Origin: Candidatus Latescibacterota bacterium
GTDB lineage: Bacteria > Krumholzibacteriota > Krumholzibacteriia > WVZY01
Assembly (NCBI GenBank): GCA_963791045.1
Contig: CAWBQK010000015.1
Location: 32,001 to 96,000 of the forward strand
Length of the DNA stretch: 64,000 nt
Direction: 5' to 3'
Shown here: one piece after another, positions 41,657 through 51,501 of the stretch
Layout of the letters: the number at the start of each line of letters is the position of its first letter
Position numbering within the stretch: the first letter of the stretch is position 1
Translations under genes and position numbers: made by a program
Notes under the pieces: model-generated
The model's database searches: none
What the model saw: the letters and a program-made list of their open reading frames with translations, nothing else
What the model was told of the DNA's origin: nothing

Positions 41657-42919
41657 CTAGTAACGATAGGTGGCACTGATACGTCCGATGACGGGATCAG
41701 CGTCGCCTGTGCCGTAACCGGTCATCCAGTAACCCATACGGAACGGAAGGTCGGGCGAGAACATCGCGTCGATGTCCCACTCGCCAACATGGAATCCGCC
41801 ACCGATGTTCCACTGGAAATCATTGACGACATCGAGGTTGACCTCTTCCGGATCGATTCCGACAACATCGGCAACCCATTCGAGATCGGTGATCGTGACT
41901 TCGGTTCCATCCTGGAACGTGACCTTGTACTTCGTCATTTCCTTGGTCGCGCCAACACGGAAGGTGAACCACGACGTGATGTCTGACTCGAGACCAATGT
42001 AGAACTTGGGAAGCACGGTGCCGTTAATCTTTGTGATTTCGTCGGGATCGACGGTGTCGTCGACCTTCGAGAGCTCCCAGCTCATCTGATCGAATTCGGC
42101 GGCGAAGATCAGCATGTTGTTGGTGTTGACGTCCCAGTTGAAGGCGGCGCCGATACCAAAGTCGCTCAACTTCTGTCCGCTCGGGGCCTCAAATGCCTCA
42201 ACGGCGTATTCGCCGGCATTGTAGCCAATCCACGGCACGACCGTGCAATCATCCAAGAGTTCGTAAAACAAGCGTGCTTCGAGGTTGTACGCATTGCTCT
42301 TGTCCCAGCCACCATTGAGGTCGCCACCGGCGAAACCGAACGTAACCGCCGCATCGCCGTACATGTTTTCACCCATGTCGAAACGGAGACCACCACCGAT
42401 GGTGGTGAAATTCATGTCCAGCTTGTCCGGGTCGTTGCCCGGAATCTCGATGCTGCCATCGGACCGCGTAAAGGAGAGACCAAGCGCCACTGAGCCGAGT
42501 TCCTTGCCCCAGGAGAGGACGAACTTCGTCGACGGCATCGGCACTTCGACTCCCGGCGTAACGAGCGGGTTGAAAGCAAAGAAGCTGTTATCGTCGAGGT
42601 TGTCATGGAGAAGGAAAATTCCCCATGTACCGAGCCAGTGGTCCTCGCCCCAGTTGTGGGTGAATCCGAGGGCCTGGTAATCAGCGCTAACGCCGGCGCC
42701 GTCTAACGTTCCACCGGTCACGGACGCCTGGCCGACCTCGGCCATTACCATCTTGGTGTAGGACGGAAGGGTCCCATACCAACGGAAAATGTCGGAATCA
42801 TCGTTGATGTACCGCGCGGGGCCACCAAGCGATGCAACACGGCTTGTGGTCGCGAGTGCCGGAAGGGCGATAGCGACGACGAGCAGTGAGAAAACAAAAA
42901 TCTTCGTAACTCTAAACAT
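41657..42919 (-). CDS. Outer-membrane beta-barrel protein, probable major porin
   Basis: Signal peptide ending ALA; many amphipathic strands; C-terminus RISATYRY; strong SD TAGGAGG; own promoter and terminator. Confidence 0.75.
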   Translation of the reverse strand: MFRVTKIFVFSLLVVAIALPALATTSRVASLGGPARYINDDSDIFRWYGTLPSYTKMVMAEVGQASVTGGTLDGAGVSADYQALGFTHNWGEDHWLGTWGIFLLHDNLDDNSFFAFNPLVTPGVEVPMPSTKFVLSWGKELGSVALGLSFTRSDGSIEIPGNDPDKLDMNFTTIGGGLRFDMGENMYGDAAVTFGFAGGDLNGGWDKSNAYNLEARLFYELLDDCTVVPWIGYNAGEYAVEAFEAPSGQKLSDFGIGAAFNWDVNTNNMLIFAAEFDQMSWELSKVDDTVDPDEITKINGTVLPKFYIGLESDITSWFTFRVGATKEMTKYKVTFQDGTEVTITDLEWVADVVGIDPEEVNLDVVNDFQWNIGGGFHVGEWDIDAMFSPDLPFRMGYWMTGYGTGDADPVIGRISATYRY

Positions 42920-43212
42920 CTGAAACCTCCTAGTGCTGGTCGGGAGACACGCCGTTTAACTTCTATCGGCGGCCTCCATTCCACCAGAGTTTTCTTTCCA
43001 AAGAACCTGTGCGAAACAACTGTTGTCGGGGCAAAACCTTCGTTGTGCCGATCCGCTGCCAGATCGACCACAGTCGCTTTGCATCACCTCCTTCGGACAA
43101 GTCCTATCCTAACGACAAATTACTGCCATGAATTATTAAGTTCGGGTCCTCTGAGACGGCTCTCAGTGGCGGACTACCTCCTTTTTTTCTTAATCTCACA
43201 TCACAAACGGCG

Positions 43213-43241
43213 AATTTATGGACGTCTAAAAGACTTGTCAA
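43213..43241 (-). promoter_or_regulatory. Sigma70-type promoter of the porin gene, implying a 5' UTR of about 285 nt
   Basis: Minus strand TTGACA-17 nt-TAAATT with AT-rich sequence upstream. Confidence 0.6.
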
Positions 43242-43344
43242 TTCTTTTTTTAAAAATTCGCGAATACTTTCACAAAGGAGGGGGGCCTGGAGGTGATTTG
43301 GCAGGTTTTATGCTACAACAAGTATCTTATCTAATAACAGCGCC

Positions 43345-44391
43345 TTATAAGGACAGGGGGTCGTTGAACAGCCGCCACTCCGCAGCCAATTTTTCGTCAA
43401 ATTTTGAGGAGGTAGATTTCAAAGAATTTACCCTTACGTGGCCATGAGCGTGCAAAAAATTTCCGTCGGACAAGACCATGGCCACGTGCGTAATTTGGGA
43501 CGAGTCCGCGCCAAAGAAAAGCAAATTCCCGGGTTCGAGTTCGTCGATGTCGCCGGAATTTTTGGCGGGGGCGCAACGCGCCTGGAGGTCGGAGTCCCTC
43601 GGAAGTTCAACGCCGCAGAGCTTGAAAACCGTCTGAATCAGCCCCGAACAGTCGAATCCCTTCGGAGTGGTTCCTCCCCACACGTACGGTATCCCCAGGA
43701 AACCGAGCCCCGTCGCCACCAACCGCTCACGCGAAGCCCGCCGGCGTGGGGGCTTTCCCACCACACCTCCCCTGAGATAGCCCGCCCTGCCATCCGGCAT
43801 TGTTACGTGACACCACCCACGCCGCCCTGCGGCGCCCTTCACGACCGGCGTCCCAACTACGGCGTCACAGATCGGGAGGGCCTTGATATCGGGTGTTTCG
43901 AGAATCTGAACAATATTCTCCTCGATCCTCCACTGCGACGCAGCCGTCACCTGGCCGTGTGCCTGACGTGTCATCGACCGCAGATGCCAATCCCTGATCC
44001 AACCGATATAACCATCCGAGAGCCGCGCGAGCGTCCATTCGCCGCTCTTCTTAAGCGGGGTCGCGGGATCGCCGCAGATGGCCTGCGTGACGAGCTCGGA
44101 CTGGTGAGCGGGTTCCTTTCGAACGTCGGCCACACTGTTAACCACCATATAGACATCCGGGAGTCCGGCCGCCGCGTCGGGGAGCCCGACAAACCGCGGG
44201 ACCACACCCGCGGGGAGCGCGTCAGGAGGCAGCCGGCGGCGGATCGCCTCGAGCGCGGCGGCATCGCTGCATTCGAGAATCAACTCGCGGCCGTCAGGCG
44301 GGTTCAATCGGACATCGGTATAACACGTTCGCGAATCAAGCGACAGGTCATCGAGGGCATCTTTAATGGTATCCTGGACGCGCGAAAGCAT
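43345..44391 (-). CDS. SH3b plus NlpC/P60 (C40) peptidase, YkfC/dipeptidyl-peptidase VI-like
   Basis: ELVTQA..G...DGYIGWI (SH3), LGIPYVWGG...GFDCSGL, LPRDSDLQ, THVAM...FLHA. No clear signal peptide. Confidence 0.9.
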   Translation of the reverse strand: MLSRVQDTIKDALDDLSLDSRTCYTDVRLNPPDGRELILECSDAAALEAIRRRLPPDALPAGVVPRFVGLPDAAAGLPDVYMVVNSVADVRKEPAHQSELVTQAICGDPATPLKKSGEWTLARLSDGYIGWIRDWHLRSMTRQAHGQVTAASQWRIEENIVQILETPDIKALPICDAVVGTPVVKGAAGRRGWCHVTMPDGRAGYLRGGVVGKPPRRRASRERLVATGLGFLGIPYVWGGTTPKGFDCSGLIQTVFKLCGVELPRDSDLQARCAPAKNSGDIDELEPGNLLFFGADSSQITHVAMVLSDGNFLHAHGHVRVNSLKSTSSKFDEKLAAEWRLFNDPLSL

Positions 44392-44392
44392 C

Positions 44393-45229
44393 TTATTCCC
44401 GCCTCCCCATATCTTTGAGTTTCGGATCCAGCACGTCCCTGCACGTGTCTCCGAGCAGGTTGAAACCGAGGACGGCAATTGTGATTCCCACCCCCGGGGC
44501 AAGACTGAGCCACGGAGCCACCCTGAGATAGTCAAGCCCGGCGCTGATCATCGATCCCCAACTCGGCAGCGGCGGCTGGGCGCCGAGCCCGAGGAAGCTC
44601 ATCGACGACTCCGCCATGATCCCCATCCCCAACCCCATCGAAAAAATGATTATAAGCTGCGAGACACAATTCGGGAGCAGGTGTTTGAATATGATCCGTC
44701 CCGGGTTACCGCCGAGGGATCGAACGGCGAGGACAAACTCCCTCTCCTTTATAGAGAGAACCTGGGCGCGGACAATCCTCGCGACGGCCGCCCAACCGAC
44801 GATTCCCAACGCCAGAATGAGCGAGGTCAGGCTGGGGCCGACCGCCGCCATCACCGCTATGAGCAGAAGGAGGCCCGGGTACGCGAGCGTTACATCGGCC
44901 AGGCGCATGACGGCGCTATCGTAGCGCCCGCCGAAATAGCCGGCGGTAAGACCAAGCAGGGTCCCGATGACGAGCGAAATGACCCGGGACAGCACGCTGA
45001 CCTCCATCGAGACCCGCGCACCGTAAACCAGCCGACTCATGATATCCCGGCCAAAAACGTCGGTTCCGAACGGGTGGGCGAGGGACGGCGGGCTTAAGCT
45101 TTCGGCCATATTGATCTGATAGGGGTCATAGGGGCTCACGAGCGGAGCGAACACCGCGGCAAGCAGCACGACGGCGACGATTATGAGCCCCAGGAGCCCG
45201 TTCTTTTGTTTGATCACTTGTTTGAGCAT
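44393..45229 (-). CDS. dppC: Peptide ABC permease, DppC/OppC type (locus 2)
   Basis: HPFGTDVFGRD, EFVLAVRSLG, SFLGLGAQPP..SWG, FNLLGD..RD.LDP. Confidence 0.92.
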   Translation of the reverse strand: MLKQVIKQKNGLLGLIIVAVVLLAAVFAPLVSPYDPYQINMAESLSPPSLAHPFGTDVFGRDIMSRLVYGARVSMEVSVLSRVISLVIGTLLGLTAGYFGGRYDSAVMRLADVTLAYPGLLLLIAVMAAVGPSLTSLILALGIVGWAAVARIVRAQVLSIKEREFVLAVRSLGGNPGRIIFKHLLPNCVSQLIIIFSMGLGMGIMAESSMSFLGLGAQPPLPSWGSMISAGLDYLRVAPWLSLAPGVGITIAVLGFNLLGDTCRDVLDPKLKDMGRRE

Positions 45230-45233
45230 GATG

Positions 45234-46184
45234 TCACGTATCCGATTCCGACCCCTTATTCTCGAGCGTTATGCGTGGGTCGATCCACGCATACAAAAGA
45301 TCGACGATAAGATTTATCGTCATAAAAACGAGCGCCATAAAAAACACGGCGCCCTGGATCGTTGGAATATCCCGTTTGAGAATCGCGTCGAGCGTGAACC
45401 GCCCCAACCCCGGCCACGCGAAGATGGACTCGGTCAAAACGGCCCCGCTCAAAAAACTCCCAAAATCGGCGCCTACCACCGTTATCACCGGGAGCAGCGC
45501 GTTTCTGAGGGCGTGCTTAAAAAGCAACCGCGGCTCCGAGACCCCTTTGGCGCGGGCCGTCTGGACGTACTGCTCGCGGACAACATCGAGCATGCTCGAT
45601 CGCGTTATCCTGGCAACGTAGGCTGTTGAGGCCTGCGCGAGGGTCACCGCCGGGAGAATCATATACGCGATATTGCCCCCACCGTACCCGGACGGCGGGA
45701 GGAGCCGCAGCTTCATCGCGAACACATAAATAAGAAGCACGCCCAGCCAGAAAACGGGCATCGAAATTCCCACGATCGTCCCACCCATCGTCAGATAGTC
45801 GACGGGCGTCCTCCATTTCCACGCGGCGACCACGCCAGTGCCCACTCCAATTACTATTGAAATCAGCATCGCGAAAAGCGCCAGGCGAAACGTGTGCGGG
45901 AATCGTTCCAGGACCGAGCTGGCGACGGGCTCACCCGTCACATAAGAATGGCCGAAGTCAAAACGGGCCAGATCGCCGATAAAATGGGCGTATTGGATCA
46001 CAAGCGGTCTATCGAGATGCATCTCTTTTCTGAGCGCGTCGATCGTCGCATCGTCGTAACGCTCGCCGACCATGCTTAAGACGGGGTCTCCGGGCAGAAC
46101 GTACACAAGGAGAAACGTCACCGTCGCCACGCCGAGGAGGATTGGAACAAAGAGCAGAAGTCGTCTGATCGTGTACGCCAGCAC
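45234..46184 (-). CDS. dppB: Peptide ABC permease, DppB/OppB type (locus 2)
   Basis: LPGDP, LDRPLVIQY, YVQTARAKG, HALRNA, ESIFAWPGLG. Confidence 0.93.
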   Translation of the reverse strand: MLAYTIRRLLLFVPILLGVATVTFLLVYVLPGDPVLSMVGERYDDATIDALRKEMHLDRPLVIQYAHFIGDLARFDFGHSYVTGEPVASSVLERFPHTFRLALFAMLISIVIGVGTGVVAAWKWRTPVDYLTMGGTIVGISMPVFWLGVLLIYVFAMKLRLLPPSGYGGGNIAYMILPAVTLAQASTAYVARITRSSMLDVVREQYVQTARAKGVSEPRLLFKHALRNALLPVITVVGADFGSFLSGAVLTESIFAWPGLGRFTLDAILKRDIPTIQGAVFFMALVFMTINLIVDLLYAWIDPRITLENKGSESDT

Positions 46185-46189
46185 CGGTG

Positions 46190-47791
46190 TCAGCGGGCCC
46201 CTTCCAGGGATAGGGAGACGGTCGACAGATCTTCGCCAAGATAAACGACCGGGAAAGTATACCCCTGGACACGAGGAGAGACGATAACAAATGACGTGGG
46301 AAAATAGAGGTAGAGCCAGGGCGTGTCTTCATAGATCATGCCGTCGATTTGCGCGTACACCCCACCATCAGAGGCGTCCGCGGGCAATCTCTGCGAAAGT
46401 TCGATAAGACTGTCGACCGTTGAGTTGGCATAAAAAGATCTGTTGCCGCCACCCCCGGCGTTCTCCGAGTGAAACAGAGGATAGAGGAAATTTTCGGCGT
46501 CGGGATAATCCGCGTACCAGTCGAGAAAGAAAGCATCGACACGGCCCCGGCTAACCGCCTCCTTGAAAGCGCTCCACTCTCGTTTTACGACGCGGACGCG
46601 GATACCCAATTCGAGGAGGTACCCCTGGATCGCCTCGACCACGCGGTTGCCCTCCGGACTGTCGCGCTGCCAGATCTCGAGCTCGAACCCGTCCGCATAA
46701 CCCGCATCGGCGAGAAGCGCCCTGGCCCGTGCGGGATCGTATTTGTAAGAAGCTCTCTCTTTATAACCGGGAAGCGCAGGAGGAATCGAACCGGCGGCGC
46801 GTACGGCGTGACCGCCCGTCAACACCTCCACGATCCGGTCGATATCGACTCCCATGTTGAGCGCACGCCTGACGCGAATATCGCGAAGCGGCCCTTTCTG
46901 ATTGTTGAGTCCGATGTACACGACACGAAGCTCCGACTGTGACTGGATCAGGTGTCGGCGGGAATCGTCTTCGAGAAACCTGTCAAGCTCGGCGTGGGGA
47001 ATGCGAAGCACGTCGAGCGAACCGGATTCGAACTCGGCAATCCGCGTAAACGCTTCCGGGATGATTCGGAAACGAACCTTGCTGATGCGGAGCCGCCGAC
47101 CGGCGTAAAACGGGTTGGGTTCGAGCTCGAGGACATCCCCTCGTTTCCACGAGGTAAGTATCCAACGCCCCGACCCCAACGGCCAACCGTTCGATGGAGA
47201 GGAACCGCCTGGAGAATCATCGCCCGCCCCGAGCTGAGCGCCCGAATCGTTTACGGAAACGATATACGCCGCCGGCATCGCGAGAAGCTGGAGAAACGGC
47301 CGGAACGGCTCCTCGAGTTCCACGATAACGGTGGAGTCGCTGGGAGCCGAAAGCCCCTCGACCGACGAGGCCGAACCTTCCATGAAAGCCCGCGCCCCGC
47401 GGATGCGGTCGAGCACCCACGATCGCGGCGAACGTTCGTCCGGGGAGAGCGTGCGTTCGAAGCTTTCAATAACGTCGCCGGCGACAACCTCGCGGCCGTC
47501 CGAGAACCGGGCACGCCGGTCCAGCGAAAAAACGTAGCGTGTGCCGCCTGGATCTATCTCCCACTCGAGGGCCGCATCCGGCACGATCTCACCCGTCGGC
47601 GCGAAGCGGACGAGCCCCTGGTAAATGAGCGAGCAGATCTGACCTTCGGCCACATCGACGACAAACGCAGGATCAAGTTTGTTGGGGGAGGTCTCGAGCG
47701 CTAAACGAAGAACATCGCCTTCCTGGGGACTACCCGCGCATCCCACCGCGAAGACGATGCAGATCAAAACTATAGACGCCGCGTGTTTCAA
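46190..47791 (-). CDS. dppA: Peptide ABC substrate-binding lipoprotein, family 5 (locus 2)
   Basis: TTG start overlapping the upstream TGA; lipobox AVGC; LDPA, FSDG.EV.A.DV, RVRRALN, WYADYPD.ENFL. Confidence 0.9.
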   Translation of the reverse strand: MKHAASIVLICIVFAVGCAGSPQEGDVLRLALETSPNKLDPAFVVDVAEGQICSLIYQGLVRFAPTGEIVPDAALEWEIDPGGTRYVFSLDRRARFSDGREVVAGDVIESFERTLSPDERSPRSWVLDRIRGARAFMEGSASSVEGLSAPSDSTVIVELEEPFRPFLQLLAMPAAYIVSVNDSGAQLGAGDDSPGGSSPSNGWPLGSGRWILTSWKRGDVLELEPNPFYAGRRLRISKVRFRIIPEAFTRIAEFESGSLDVLRIPHAELDRFLEDDSRRHLIQSQSELRVVYIGLNNQKGPLRDIRVRRALNMGVDIDRIVEVLTGGHAVRAAGSIPPALPGYKERASYKYDPARARALLADAGYADGFELEIWQRDSPEGNRVVEAIQGYLLELGIRVRVVKREWSAFKEAVSRGRVDAFFLDWYADYPDAENFLYPLFHSENAGGGGNRSFYANSTVDSLIELSQRLPADASDGGVYAQIDGMIYEDTPWLYLYFPTSFVIVSPRVQGYTFPVVYLGEDLSTVSLSLEGAR

Positions 47792-49080
47792 TACCCACTC
47801 GAATTCGTGAGATGATACTCTCCCAGACCAAAGCGGTCGTAGAATACAAAGGTGAGGTTTTCCTTGTAGTAGTACCAGACGAGATACTCTCCCTGGTTTT
47901 GCGAGTCGACCTTTATCTCGGTGTGATCGGGTTCGCCGAACCTGATGTAGGTCTTTCCCCTGTCCGTCCGCCAACCTTCCCGGGATTCGGAAAAGTTTTC
48001 CGTGACATAACGCAGCCGCTTGAGATGCTCGGTCAGCGCCTCGTTTTCTTCGGTACCCGGTGACGGATCGCGACGAATCCAGAACTTCGCCCATGCGAGC
48101 GGCCGTTCCTCCATCGGCGCTTCCTTGAGTTCCTTCAACTCATCATCGCTCGCGATCAGCTTAAGAATCTCAATCGTGTCGTCGACGTGCCGTGTGAGCA
48201 TCGACCTTGAATACCCAAGTGTGAAATCAAACACCGACGTTGTTTCTCGTTCCGGTTTTTTCTGGACCGCTTTTATGGCGAACTTGTAGGCACCCGGATC
48301 CCAATCGTCGGTGTTGAGGTACACGACGAATTGATTTCTCAACCCAGCGATCTTCACCTTTCTTCTGCCGTAAGCAACCATCCTGTTATCCTCATTCGCA
48401 ACCACGAAGGAAAGCGTGCAGTCCACCGAGTCCGCCGTTTCTTCCTCCATGTACACATCGAATTTTATTATGGGATGTTTATCCAACTCGGCAAATAATG
48501 TCGTCTCTTTTTCCAACTGATCGAGCGATTCGTACGAACTGGCCGGAGCGAGAACCGGAACATACCGGCCCGTCTCAATGTCCGCGGCAAAAAGCCGGGG
48601 CGTGCCAACACCAATACCGGCCTCGAGGAACTTCGGCACCTGTATTTGAGTCTCTCGCTCAAAAAAGCGGCGCGTGTTCTTAACCTGAACCGCGCACTGC
48701 ACGATGTAATCCCCCGGCGGGAGATGGAACCGTTTCGACGACCTGGTGCTCATCTTCGCCGAACGCGTCGACTTGTAGTCTTCAACTACGATGCTTTCAT
48801 TGATAACAGCGGTCTCTACCAGTTTTTTCTTTTTGTCGAGAATTTTGACATATACCGCATACTCACTCCGAAATGTGGCGGTGTCTCTTAAAAATATGAG
48901 ACTCGTATAAGGAACGTTGACACTGACGAGGATTGAAGGCCGGTGATCGGGGTCGAGAAAAGCGTGCGTATAAAGCGAGAATCCAGCCATACGAGGCGTT
49001 TGCGCGGACGATGCGGGGTCGGCCCACAGAATGGCCGTAAGAACACACATAAAGAGCGAGTATTTTCGTACACGCGTCAC
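47788..49080 (-). CDS. GWxTD domain-containing exported protein (copy 1)
   Basis: Signal peptide; FW..RDP.PGT..NE...EH..RL.Y....F...GWRTDRG..YIRFGEPD...W.Y...F.F.D..G.G.Y.L. Confidence 0.9.
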   Translation of the reverse strand: MTRVRKYSLFMCVLTAILWADPASSAQTPRMAGFSLYTHAFLDPDHRPSILVSVNVPYTSLIFLRDTATFRSEYAVYVKILDKKKKLVETAVINESIVVEDYKSTRSAKMSTRSSKRFHLPPGDYIVQCAVQVKNTRRFFERETQIQVPKFLEAGIGVGTPRLFAADIETGRYVPVLAPASSYESLDQLEKETTLFAELDKHPIIKFDVYMEEETADSVDCTLSFVVANEDNRMVAYGRRKVKIAGLRNQFVVYLNTDDWDPGAYKFAIKAVQKKPERETTSVFDFTLGYSRSMLTRHVDDTIEILKLIASDDELKELKEAPMEERPLAWAKFWIRRDPSPGTEENEALTEHLKRLRYVTENFSESREGWRTDRGKTYIRFGEPDHTEIKVDSQNQGEYLVWYYYKENLTFVFYDRFGLGEYHLTNSSGY

Positions 49081-49227
49081 AATACCATCTCCTAATTTAT
49101 TAATTTATTATATGGTTGTAGCGTCGGGCAAGGGAAATCAAGGGGGAACGGGCCGCAACGGCCGCAGCTCCGCTGCGGAAAAACTCAACCGGAGAGAAAA
49201 AAGGATCGAACCTGTGGGAGTGACCGG

Positions 49228-50562
49228 TTAGTCGACCTTGACGGGACGTCCCGTGGCTCTCAGAAGATCGGCCTTCGCGATCAGGTAATCACATTTGGCG
49301 TCCACGAGGTTGCCCTGTGCTTCCTGGAGTTGGGCGGCGGACTCGATCGTCTCGAGCATCGTCCCCGCACCGACCCTGTATCGCTCGTTCGCCAATCTGA
49401 CATTCTCGGACGCCTGGGAGACTGTCTCGTCCGACACCCTCATCCGTTCTTCAGCTTCCGTAAGGATCAGGTAGAGTTGTTTGACCTCGAGTTCGGCATC
49501 GAGCTTGGCCTGCCTGAGTTGTTCTTCGGCGATCCGGCGGTCGGCCTTCGCCTGCTGGATATCGGATTTCGTAGCAAAACGGTCGAAGATATTCCACGTA
49601 AGCTGAACGCCGAGCCCCCATGAATAGTCACTCTTGAAGAAATTCGCTCTGTCCGGAAAATGGCGGTCACTCCACGAGTACTGCATCCCGCCACCCACCG
49701 TCGGCCAACGGGTATTTTTGGTCGCCGTCAATCCATGGTCAGCCGCACGGACACGTTTCTCGCTGGCGCGAAGGTCCGACCGGTGAACGAGCATATAATC
49801 AACTTCCTGCTGGAGGTCGGGTTCGACCATGGCGATTTCGATCAAGGACTGGACATCGAAATCCTCGTCCCACGAGAAGTTAAGGAGTGAGGCAAGCGTG
49901 GCGCGCGCGAGATCTTCGTTGTTCCGTGCGGTAATGAGCTGAAGTTGCGTGTTTCCCAAACGAACCTTTGCCTGCAGCACATCGGCGCGCGTATTCGATC
50001 CGATCCGGAAGAACGCTTCTACTTGTTCGAGATTTCTTTGCGCCGCCTGGGCGGCGTCTTCCTGAACCGATTTCAAATTCTTTTTGCGGACGAGATCATA
50101 ATACGCGCGGATAACCTGCGCGGTGACGATGTCTTTCTGGTATTGGAGATCGAATCCCGCCGCCTCCGAGTTTCGCTTGGCGCTCTTGAGATACTTGACG
50201 TTGGCTCCCCAGTCGAAAAGCATTATGTCCGATCCGATCGAGAACCGGTAATTCTCATAATCCTGGCCGTCTTGCTGTACCGGCCGTCCCTGGGGATCGA
50301 TAAAGATCGATTGTGAGGGGCCGAGAAATGTGTGGCCCGCGTAAAACGTCGTATACAGGTTTGGCAAAAACCGGCCATGATTCCTCAAGACATTCTGCCT
50401 GGAGGACAGAACCCTCTCCTCATAAATACCAACCGTCGTCGACGCATCGATGGCAATCTCGAGCGCCTCTTCGAGCGACAGAACCCGAGTCTGCCCAAAA
50501 ACATTGGCGGCGAAAACCATGCCGCAGCAGAGTATCAACAAGATAACAACGCTTTTCCTCAT
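49228..50562 (-). CDS. tolC: TolC-family outer-membrane efflux protein
   Basis: LSLEEAL..A, two-repeat OEP architecture (FLP.L..LFD; WPTV..W.IFD), RY.VG.GT.LE. Confidence 0.92.
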   Translation of the reverse strand: MRKSVVILLILCCGMVFAANVFGQTRVLSLEEALEIAIDASTTVGIYEERVLSSRQNVLRNHGRFLPNLYTTFYAGHTFLGPSQSIFIDPQGRPVQQDGQDYENYRFSIGSDIMLFDWGANVKYLKSAKRNSEAAGFDLQYQKDIVTAQVIRAYYDLVRKKNLKSVQEDAAQAAQRNLEQVEAFFRIGSNTRADVLQAKVRLGNTQLQLITARNNEDLARATLASLLNFSWDEDFDVQSLIEIAMVEPDLQQEVDYMLVHRSDLRASEKRVRAADHGLTATKNTRWPTVGGGMQYSWSDRHFPDRANFFKSDYSWGLGVQLTWNIFDRFATKSDIQQAKADRRIAEEQLRQAKLDAELEVKQLYLILTEAEERMRVSDETVSQASENVRLANERYRVGAGTMLETIESAAQLQEAQGNLVDAKCDYLIAKADLLRATGRPVKVD

Positions 50563-50814
50563 TCTTCACCTTCCAGGAAACAACACAAGTATCGCACAAC
50601 ACCGCGTGTAGTAATTTTACGAAAACACGTCGAATTTGTTGCAATTATAGGAGCTTGGAGGAGCGGTTTAAAGCGAAAAGCCTCCCCCGCCATCGGCAAC
50701 TGATTGATCCGGGCCAAAATCGCCCGAATACGCCGCTTATCTCCACAGAGAGGCTGCCCCTCCGGCGACGGCGCCTGGCTCCCCAGGAAAGAGGCTCCCG
50801 GCGACTCCGCGAAC

Positions 50815-50844
50815 AAAAAAAGACGGCGCAAGCGCCGTCTTTTT
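50815..50844. terminator. Intrinsic terminator closing the TBDR-tonB operon
   Basis: A7-GACGGCGC-AA-GCGCCGTC-T5. Confidence 0.85.
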
Positions 50845-50864
50845 CCATAAATCTCAGATAAATA

Positions 50865-51494
50865 TCAATTCAGCCGGAAGTTGAAGGGAATCATCACGTG
50901 CGCCTTCACCGGTGTCGTCCTCTGCTTGGCCGGCTTGAAGCGGCACTTCATCGCCGCCTCGACCGCCGCCTGTTCCATCGCAGGCGACACGTCTGACGAC
51001 AGAACATCCGCGGCAAGCACTTTGCCGTCCTCCGCAACCAGAACCCGAACCCGGACCGTACCCTCAAACCCCGCCTCGCGAGCCAGCGACGGATATTTCG
51101 GAGACACGAAGTCGACCATTACGGGCGGTTCATCGAATGCGAGGAAGACGCCTGAGTCGCCGCCACCGGGCGGCGGGGGCGGCGGCATGTCAGAGAAATC
51201 CTCAAACGTTGTTTCGGGCATATCCTCGAGATCGTCCGCGTCATCGTCCGTGGCAGCCTCGACAGGAACCTGAGGCATGGCGACTTCTTTGGGCGGAGGT
51301 GGGATCTCAATTTGTTCGGCCATCTCGACCACTTCAAATTTTTCTTCTTTGAGCTGGTATGGCTTGAATGTAAACGGCGGAGAGAGAATGAATGTCAGGC
51401 CATGGATCACCACAGCCCCCAAGATGGCATACCGGAGGTATTTGCTGTATTGGGCTTTAAACTCAACATTTGCTGTGGCTGTCAACTGGGCCAT
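50865..51494 (-). CDS. tonB: Energy transducer TonB
   Basis: TM with His, Pro/acidic linker, P.YP..AR.AG.EG.V.V...V..DG, FKPAKQ...V...IPFNF. Confidence 0.93.
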   Translation of the reverse strand: MAQLTATANVEFKAQYSKYLRYAILGAVVIHGLTFILSPPFTFKPYQLKEEKFEVVEMAEQIEIPPPPKEVAMPQVPVEAATDDDADDLEDMPETTFEDFSDMPPPPPPGGGDSGVFLAFDEPPVMVDFVSPKYPSLAREAGFEGTVRVRVLVAEDGKVLAADVLSSDVSPAMEQAAVEAAMKCRFKPAKQRTTPVKAHVMIPFNFRLN

Positions 51495-51501
51495 TCGTAT
51501 C

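Noticed and set aside
43081-43095. ATCACCTCCTT, identical to the 16S rRNA 3' end
   Set aside because: No flanking rRNA sequence; treated as an SD-like motif on the minus strand.
46190-48094. ORF-finder N-terminal extensions (also at 9038-10372, 5129-6739, 20707-22107 and 43345-44535)
   Set aside because: They overlap neighbouring genes or terminators; downstream starts with SD and signal peptides fit better.
49150-49185. Twin GC hairpins between tolC and GWxTD-1
   Set aside because: The T-tract is on the wrong side for minus-strand termination; too short to call.
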